From Antedon mediterranea (Eukaryota; Animalia; Echinodermata): DNA of 64,000 nt. A program made the position numbers and the translations under genes. Shown piece after piece: positions 57,284 to 64,000 of this stretch. The stretch lies in the NCBI RefSeq assembly GCF_964355755.1, contig NC_092672.1, positions 25,116,437 through 25,180,436 on the forward strand, written 5' to 3'. Under the pieces are notes generated by a model that had not been told where the DNA came from, made no database searches, and saw only the letters and a list, made by a program, of their open reading frames with translations. How positions within the stretch are numbered: position 1 is the stretch's first letter; each line of letters starts with the position of its first letter.

Positions 57284-58180
57284 ATGACAACAGCTGCTCT
57301 GAACGCGTATCTACAAGCAAATCGTTTCGACATATATCACGTGGACGAACTTCACGAATGTGTACCGAATAGATGTACGTTCGTGCAACCCATGCAAGAC
57401 GGTGAGAATTTCGTGTGCATGTCGTCGCTACGCACGCACACCTGTACATTGTCGGCAGACTGCGTCATGGAAAATTTAGATCACAACACTCGAAGATGCG
57501 CATTGACTGGTAAAGAATTCTATACAGACGAATATGAACCGATTGTCGTTGGACTCGATACGCCGCTATACGACAACATGCAAGAGGTTAGAAAGACGAC
57601 AACGACGCGAAATAAACACGATAAAATGTTTCGTTTCGGCACAACCGTACGTCAGGTTCTGGAACGATTGTACGATCGAAAGAAACGATGCAAGTACAAC
57701 AACGTAAATTTCTTTGAACACAAGGCCTGTGAAATGATTTTGGAGAACATGGGCAAACAGAACATCGTGTCCGTAATCAGATACACCTTTCTAAAACACG
57801 TATCAGCAAACAGATTACCGGATACAGCGCTTCCAGAGGAAAACATGCTGGACGACGTGGTAGACTTTATTTTTGACGTTATGTCTGTGTTTATGTACTA
57901 CTCGACGTTACAATATTCCAAGAAAGACTTTCTACTCAGCAACGGTCACGAAACGGTCGTGTACTTACTAAAGAGCACGTTGAATGGTATTCGTTCGGCG
58001 GAAAGCGTCATTCTAAAACCACGCTTTCCTCAACTGAAACCCATGCCAGGTGATCGGTTGATGTTTCCGATATTTCAGGTGTCGACCTCTCAACTGACAG
58101 CGTGCTCGAGGTTGTTACAGAGCATGGCGAATGAAAAGATTTGTCGTTATCATTTGGCAAAATTAAATCGAGAATCTTAG
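57284..58180 (+). CDS. Candidate UL92/ORF31-like late-gene transcription factor nested in the terminase intron
   Basis: HEC..C.F...FVC....HTC....C.....RRCALTG Cys/His pattern, as in the HCMV UL92 and KSHV ORF31 N-termini. Confidence 0.6.
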   Translation: MTTAALNAYLQANRFDIYHVDELHECVPNRCTFVQPMQDGENFVCMSSLRTHTCTLSADCVMENLDHNTRRCALTGKEFYTDEYEPIVVGLDTPLYDNMQEVRKTTTTRNKHDKMFRFGTTVRQVLERLYDRKKRCKYNNVNFFEHKACEMILENMGKQNIVSVIRYTFLKHVSANRLPDTALPEENMLDDVVDFIFDVMSVFMYYSTLQYSKKDFLLSNGHETVVYLLKSTLNGIRSAESVILKPRFPQLKPMPGDRLMFPIFQVSTSQLTACSRLLQSMANEKICRYHLAKLNRES

Positions 58181-58454
58181 TACGTTTTCGTTTGTGTTTT
58201 TTCTTCTTGATTACGTTTTCTTTCTTCAACAACGATTTTGATGATGATGATGATTGTGTCGTTGTTGTTGTTGTTGTTGTTGGTGGTGGTGTTGATGATG
58301 ATGAATTTACAGTTGATGTGGTCATGTACCAGAAATTACGTTGAATTAGTTCATCGGCCGATCGACGCCATGACATTTTCTCGTTCTTCTTCTTCTTCTT
58401 CTTCTTCTTCTTCACACGACGTACGTATATGCGCAACATGTCATTAATGACATA

Positions 58455-61400
58455 ATGGTAAATTCGAAGACAATCATCATCATCATCATGTATACATCAT
58501 CACAGACCGAAACGTTGATGGACACGACGGCTGTTAGACAGAGGCCGACAAAGAGAAAAGGACGGGACGATAATAAAGAGGTTGGCAAACAGTCGAAAAA
58601 AATGACGCCGTATCTTGGACGAGTTCTCGACGAACTCGCAGACCCGACGCTCACAACAACGACGCTCATGAGAATGGTATCGACTGCTTACAGATCCGGC
58701 TACCCTCCAGATGGATCCATGCTGGGTCTAAAAGCGCAGCTACTTCGAATGGACGGCTTTTCAAAACAGTTTTCAAACGCGTTCGTTTCTGGTCGCATAG
58801 TTGTTGTCGACGCAAAGAATCTTAAAAGCTTGTACGAAAGTCTGTGTGAAATAATCAAAATGATTGAAATCATCACAGAAATCAACAAACATGCTGACAT
58901 GAAAGAGAGAACGCGTAAATTGTGCGACAGTTTGTTTCTCGGCGGTAGCTTTCTAAATTCGAAACAAGTTCGGGTCTCAATCGTCATCAAAGACGGTAAT
59001 CTAATACAACAAAAGATACACTTTGCAAAACATCTCAAGACAATGACTGCCGTTCCAGGTATACATTCACAGTCGCCTGTAATAGGCGGTGGCGGCGCAG
59101 GAAAAGAGAAATCGTTTCTACAGCTAGGAAAGTTTCAGGCCGGCAATAGACTGACAATGAAAGATTTTTTTCTGAAACACTACACATCTACGCAAGGTAA
59201 CAATTCCAGCGATCGTGATGCTCTCTTCAACGAAACCGGATTAAGTAAAGACGATTTCGAGAGATTGTTGAAAGCGTGTACGCACATTCAAAACGTGGAA
59301 ATTGGAACCACGTTTCGATTGATGAAATACGTGTGCGCGCTGTTCGACAAAAGACCGAATCTGTACATGATTTTCGCTTGCCTCGTACTACATCGCATAG
59401 TTCATCACATCGGCGATGCTACACTGCTCGCCAGAGCCGACATGTGGAATCTCGTGTTGGGACAGAGTGAAGAGATCACAAACAGTTGGAACTTTGAAAG
59501 AATCGACGCGGAAATCACGGCAGCTGAGAGTAAATGGAACGCGGCACATGCTCCGTGGTTGACCGTTGACTCGGCGGAACGTCCCACCGTCGAATGGATC
59601 AGAAAGTTGGCAAAAAAGATACAAGAGGACTTTGCGCCATACGAAAGAAATGCTTTGGACATTGACTTTGACCATTTGTTTGGTGCGCTCGTGTCGTACA
59701 TTAAAAAACACGAATTTCTCAAGATTCGTCTAAGAGATCATGCACTCGTTACTGGAACGATCGACGAACTTAAACCGTTTCAATGTGAACGACCTCCGTT
59801 CGGAACGCCCACTGCACAAGATGACATGCCATGGAGAGACTGTTGCCATTACGAGGCGAACGTATGTGCTATTCTACTCAACGCTCTTTGCAATATACCG
59901 GTTAGATCTCCTGAATCAACGCGCAAGATTTCACTCGACACGGCCACCGAAGGCATGGCAATGGTCGAACAAAGTCGGTTCGAAATAACGCAACTCAGTT
60001 ACCAACATCTGCTAAGTTTGGAGGCTAAAGCGCGTGAACGTGCCGCCAACATCACTACTACCGATTCTGAATCTCGTATGCCGGTGATGAACACAGAATC
60101 TGCTGATAATATGTCGGTGGTGCAGCAGCAGGTGAACACCGAAACTGTTGACGACGAGGCGCGTACTACAAACGCATCAGATACGCTTTCTGTTCTCGAA
60201 CCTCTGGTCATCATGGAAGGTATGCCGGCAAATACCACCCAAGACACACTACTTTCTGTGCTTGAATCTGGTACGACGCCGGCGGTGATGAACACCGAAA
60301 CTGCTGACGCGCTTACTACTCACACCGATGATGCAATTTCTGTGCTCGAATCTATTGACATAGCAAGCATGCCGGCAAACACCACCCAAGACACACTTTC
60401 TGTGCTTGAATCGGGTACGACGCCGGCGGTGATGAACACCGAAACGCGTACACACACCGATGATACAATTTCTGTGCTCGAATCTATTGCCATAGCAAGC
60501 ATGCCGGTGAACACCGCAATTGTACACGAAGAAGAAGAAGAAGAAGAAAAAGAAGGTGACGGTGATGATGATTTACCTAGCATCGGTCAACTGCTCGCTC
60601 CTTACGTGAACACGGCCAACAGCATCTTACCTTCAACAAACGACGATTTGCCCATCTTGGACGAAGACACCGTTCAAAGATTGCGTGAAATCTCGGACGA
60701 TGTGAACGCTCACAATAGTACAATGCACGTAAAACTCTACGATATTGAAGATTGGATATCATCTCAGCCCGATTCTAATGCCGAATCCCAATCGCAGATT
60801 GAAGTCATGCAATGGACAAAGGCAAAAGCCGAAGAAGAACGACGGACGGCTTTGAACACGCTCGAGACTCAACGAGTAGAACACGAAGAGTTCAAGAAGA
60901 CCATGGCCACCAGGAATGCAGAGTCGACGAGAGAAAATGAAAAAAAGACGCGAGTGAGCGACGCAAAAATTAAAGAGTTGGAAACGAAACTGGACAAGAC
61001 CGAAGGCGAACTGCGAAACAGTAAACGTTTGGTGGACGAAATGAAGCAACAACTTCACGACACCGAAATGCAAAATGTCGACGAGTCAGACACTCTAAAA
61101 GCCTTGCTTAACAAAAAGACGGACGAAGCACGTGCACATGAATTGATTTTGAAGCGCAAGCAATCCGAATTGATATCGTCAAAAGAACACGTTGACGAGC
61201 AGACGAGTCGTCGCATCGAAGCGCTCACAAACGAAGTTGGTGAATTGCGCGTGCTGAACAGAAGATTGGACACGGCCAACACGCTTTCGGAGACAACGTA
61301 CAGGCAGCGAATTCAACAGTTGGAAACTGATTTGCAAACGTACGAAGAAAAGAGCAGATTGTATCAGTCGAGCGTACAAAAAAATGAACAGTTGATGAGC

Positions 61401-63503
61401 CGACATGTTGACGATTTGGCATCGCAACTTGATGCCGAAAAAATAAACTCTGCTTCGTTAAAACATGATGCAGAGAACATGTTAAAATCTCGAGAGCAGG
61501 CGTATTTGACCGATCTGAGAAAATTGAACAATGAGCTGCAAAACGAGAAGAAAAACGTACAGAAACTCGGTCGTGACTTGCAACAGACCACCGATTCGGC
61601 GCATCTGCAAAGAGAACAACTCAACAATAAACTGATGAACGCAAACACGACGTTCACCATCAAGCTGGACGAAATGAGAAGGGAGATTGAAGAACAGGAC
61701 AAGAGGCAAAACTCGGTTCAACACGAAAAGAATCTAGATGCGGTTCAACACGAAAAGAATCTAGATGATTTGAAACAAACTCTTGTCGAGACCGAACAGA
61801 AGGTAGCGCAACTGAAACGAGATGGCGACGAAAAAATAGATGAATGGAAGAAACGTGTTGAAGAAGTGAAGATGGAGCGTGACAAAGCAGCTCAACATCG
61901 TGTCCTGTTGGAAAGACAGGTTCGAGAGTTGACGAGCAAAGCTGCAGAGGACAATTTCACTCGAAAACGTTTAGAAGAGCGACTGAAAAAGTCAATCGAG
62001 ACACACGCCGAGTACGTGTCGGAAGCTAAACAGAGCACGAAGAAAGAGACTGAAAAGAAGATGCTCGACATGTTGACACAGGCCGAGAAACAGCACACGC
62101 GGGAACGTGACGAGGAACGTGATCGACTCGAAAAACAACTGAAATCTGAAGTAACTAAACTAGGACAAAAACACGACGCAGAGATGAAACGTGTCGCGAA
62201 AGAACACAGCACTGCTATACAGCGACAGTTGACGTCGGCAGCGAACGCGTCGAGCAATCACAAAACAGAATTGAAGTCGACAATACGTGATCTAGAAGAA
62301 GCGCGAAAAGCTCGTGACTCGTTGTGTACGCAAAACGCTAAACTTCAAGAGAAGTTTACTGCCAAGGAAAAAAGTTTAGCTGAAACACATCGGTTATCCG
62401 ACGACAAGAATACAGAAATATCCTCTCTTGCCGCTCAGGTAATTATTTTAAAAAATCACAGCTTGACTGCACAAAAGCGCATCGAAAGTCTCGAAAAGGA
62501 ATTGGAACATTCGCAGCGAAAAGTATCCGAATCCTATCTGAAACTGTCTGAATTCATAAAGAATCAAAGCGACGGAGGCGGTGGAGGAGGAGGAGATGGT
62601 GGATCTGATGTGTTACATGAAAGAATGAAAGATATCGAAGCGTCATTGGAGCAAGAAAAGCGCCAAAATCTATATAAAGATGGACAGATTGCACATTTGA
62701 AGTCTGATGTTAAATTTTTAACTAGTAAAGTTGAAACTGCAAACAGCGAACGAGAACGACAGGTTGCAAACTTACAACGGAAACTTTTCAATAAAAAACG
62801 TACGTCGCATTCGTTATATACGTTACATCATGATGAAGATGAAGAGGATAAAGTGGAGGAGGAAGAGATATACGATGAAGCTGAGTACAATCATGACTAT
62901 TACGGTGATGAACATGATGATGATAATGAGCATAATGGTGGCAATGAGGATGATGATGAATACAAAATACAATTTGTTGTCGATTACAGTCCAAGTAATA
63001 CGTCCTATCATCAGTTATTCGGAACCGGAGAGTTTACTTTCAACGAAGTGATTAATCAAGCAAGACATTACATCAATTCCACCGATGATGAAGATGTATC
63101 AACAGTAGAAGCAGCAGCAAAATTGACCGACAGATGTGGCTCGACATATTTTGCGCCTATGGTCGTACGCAAAGGCAATGTAACCGAAGGCGATAGAACT
63201 GTAATGAAAGTGATTTCGTTCATGGGAAAAATACCGGGCGTGACATTGGTAAAACCGAGTCAAAGTAGCGTTCCCATTTGTTTTCTTGCGTCAGACAATT
63301 CGTGCAAGTATCGCCGTAGAGGTGATGCACGATACGTAATTTTTGGCAAGGATATGCGTATAGATTGGTCGGAGAAAGATTGGTATGTACAATTGGTCGG
63401 ACGTATTCTCGAAAACAATCTTAGACACAATCCAAAGGTAATCACTGCAGCACCATGTTTGACCCAACAGACGATCCAGTTACCAGCTCCGATAACTTTC
63501 TAA
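58455..63503 (+). CDS. Very large viral protein (1682 aa): helical N-domain, Thr/acidic repeat linker, long coiled coil, C-terminal globular domain; tegument/scaffold-like
   Basis: Uninterrupted ORF; heptad-rich region about aa 790-1440; internal DNA duplications at ~60220-60515 and 61713-61768. Confidence 0.85.
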   Translation: MVNSKTIIIIIMYTSSQTETLMDTTAVRQRPTKRKGRDDNKEVGKQSKKMTPYLGRVLDELADPTLTTTTLMRMVSTAYRSGYPPDGSMLGLKAQLLRMDGFSKQFSNAFVSGRIVVVDAKNLKSLYESLCEIIKMIEIITEINKHADMKERTRKLCDSLFLGGSFLNSKQVRVSIVIKDGNLIQQKIHFAKHLKTMTAVPGIHSQSPVIGGGGAGKEKSFLQLGKFQAGNRLTMKDFFLKHYTSTQGNNSSDRDALFNETGLSKDDFERLLKACTHIQNVEIGTTFRLMKYVCALFDKRPNLYMIFACLVLHRIVHHIGDATLLARADMWNLVLGQSEEITNSWNFERIDAEITAAESKWNAAHAPWLTVDSAERPTVEWIRKLAKKIQEDFAPYERNALDIDFDHLFGALVSYIKKHEFLKIRLRDHALVTGTIDELKPFQCERPPFGTPTAQDDMPWRDCCHYEANVCAILLNALCNIPVRSPESTRKISLDTATEGMAMVEQSRFEITQLSYQHLLSLEAKARERAANITTTDSESRMPVMNTESADNMSVVQQQVNTETVDDEARTTNASDTLSVLEPLVIMEGMPANTTQDTLLSVLESGTTPAVMNTETADALTTHTDDAISVLESIDIASMPANTTQDTLSVLESGTTPAVMNTETRTHTDDTISVLESIAIASMPVNTAIVHEEEEEEEKEGDGDDDLPSIGQLLAPYVNTANSILPSTNDDLPILDEDTVQRLREISDDVNAHNSTMHVKLYDIEDWISSQPDSNAESQSQIEVMQWTKAKAEEERRTALNTLETQRVEHEEFKKTMATRNAESTRENEKKTRVSDAKIKELETKLDKTEGELRNSKRLVDEMKQQLHDTEMQNVDESDTLKALLNKKTDEARAHELILKRKQSELISSKEHVDEQTSRRIEALTNEVGELRVLNRRLDTANTLSETTYRQRIQQLETDLQTYEEKSRLYQSSVQKNEQLMSRHVDDLASQLDAEKINSASLKHDAENMLKSREQAYLTDLRKLNNELQNEKKNVQKLGRDLQQTTDSAHLQREQLNNKLMNANTTFTIKLDEMRREIEEQDKRQNSVQHEKNLDAVQHEKNLDDLKQTLVETEQKVAQLKRDGDEKIDEWKKRVEEVKMERDKAAQHRVLLERQVRELTSKAAEDNFTRKRLEERLKKSIETHAEYVSEAKQSTKKETEKKMLDMLTQAEKQHTRERDEERDRLEKQLKSEVTKLGQKHDAEMKRVAKEHSTAIQRQLTSAANASSNHKTELKSTIRDLEEARKARDSLCTQNAKLQEKFTAKEKSLAETHRLSDDKNTEISSLAAQVIILKNHSLTAQKRIESLEKELEHSQRKVSESYLKLSEFIKNQSDGGGGGGGDGGSDVLHERMKDIEASLEQEKRQNLYKDGQIAHLKSDVKFLTSKVETANSERERQVANLQRKLFNKKRTSHSLYTLHHDEDEEDKVEEEEIYDEAEYNHDYYGDEHDDDNEHNGGNEDDDEYKIQFVVDYSPSNTSYHQLFGTGEFTFNEVINQARHYINSTDDEDVSTVEAAAKLTDRCGSTYFAPMVVRKGNVTEGDRTVMKVISFMGKIPGVTLVKPSQSSVPICFLASDNSCKYRRRGDARYVIFGKDMRIDWSEKDWYVQLVGRILENNLRHNPKVITAAPCLTQQTIQLPAPITF

Positions 63504-63613
63504 TCCTAATCAATCTTCTCTTGACCAATCTAATAGCGAATACTCGTCGACATGAGCAGAAGAAGGAGAAGAAGGAAGAGGAGAGACAACTGATTACCTC
63601 CATATTTTAGATT

Positions 63614-64000
63614 ATGTCGTTTGATTTATGGAAAAGTTTAGAGTCACGCGTTGAACGTAGATGGATAGAATGGTCTCATCATCATCATCATCATCATCAC
63701 GACGACGACGACGAGGAAGAAGAAGAAGAAGACAACGCTTACTTGAAAGAATTGTTGAAGGAATTCAAAGGAAATTTGGAGAGTATATGTACCAAAAAAG
63801 GCGATGAACAAGATGTTCTCTATTACGCACGATGCATTGCGCTCATCGAACGTCTCTTGTTCGACACAACCACGATAACGTCCGAGTGTTGTACAATGGC
63901 CGACATGGACAGTATATTGAAACGCAATGTTCTCTTTGCCTGGACCAATGTGCACTCTTTCAAAATTCTCGAAAGATTATCAACAATTTGGAGATTTGTG
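63614..64000 (+). CDS. Viral hypothetical protein, truncated by the window edge
   Basis: Frame MSFDLWKSLESRVERRWIEWS(H)nDDDDEEEEEEDNAYLKELL.. stays open to base 64000; absent from the ORF track because it has no stop. Confidence 0.6.
   Translation, partial: MSFDLWKSLESRVERRWIEWSHHHHHHHHDDDDEEEEEEDNAYLKELLKEFKGNLESICTKKGDEQDVLYYARCIALIERLLFDTTTITSECCTMADMDSILKRNVLFAWTNVHSFKILERLSTIWRFV

Larger units (their letters stand above)
21913..64000. mobile_element. Large herpesvirus-related (Duplodnaviria) viral genome segment, apparently endogenous within OGFOD2 intron 4; left boundary uncertain (~21.9-22.08 kb), runs off the right edge
   Basis: Abrupt shift to higher GC and abundant CpG, tightly packed or overlapping intronless ORFs on both strands, spliced herpes-type terminase, capsid module and primase. 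Confidence 0.9.

Noticed and set aside
58008-58439. Lys/Thr/Ser-rich minus-strand ORF
   Set aside because: Mostly microsatellite-derived low complexity and overlaps the UL92-like gene; coding status unsupported, though not excluded.
63644-63955. Minus-strand ORF with a GTAAG donor at 63742 as terminase exon 1
   Set aside because: It has no Walker A (PRRxGKT-like) motif, and the opposite strand carries a more convincing ORF from 63614 that is open to the window edge.
22085-64000. Bacteriophage/prophage or bacterial contamination
   Set aside because: Spliceosomal GT-AG introns in the terminase, AATAAA signals, eukaryote-specific domains (UBAN, BTB, LxCxE, Snf7) and no Shine-Dalgarno or operon pattern.
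22085-64000. Polinton/Maverick or NCLDV insertion
   Set aside because: No pPolB, retroviral-type integrase, double-jelly-roll capsid or A32-like ATPase seen; the packaging enzyme is a herpes-type terminase.

Overview
This window has two very different halves. Bases 1 to ~21,900 are AT-rich, CpG-poor invertebrate animal DNA. They carry a multi-exon myosin XIX gene (minus strand, running off the left edge) head-to-head with the first four exons of OGFOD2 (plus strand), plus many intronic minisatellites and two foldback/MITE-like DNA transposons. From ~22,000 to the right edge, inside what should be OGFOD2 intron 4, the sequence switches to a gene-dense, CpG-rich, almost intron-free block of more than 42 kb that reads as a large herpesvirus-related (Duplodnaviria) genome. 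The strongest evidence is a spliced terminase ATPase/nuclease whose exon boundary falls where HSV UL15 exon 2 begins, with genes nested antisense in its introns, one of them UL92/ORF31-like. The block also has a candidate HK97-fold major capsid protein, two triplex-like proteins, portal-like and assemblin-like proteins, an AEP primase, and FEN1/vhs-like, PD-(D/E)xK and His-Me nucleases. Putative host-manipulation genes include a Snf7/ESCRT-III-like protein, a NEMO/ABIN UBAN protein, a 4x LxCxE microprotein, BTB and BTB-BACK-Kelch proteins and a secreted multi-Ig protein. All family calls come from reading motifs by eye; no database searches were run. True integration versus assembly chimera cannot be settled from this window alone.
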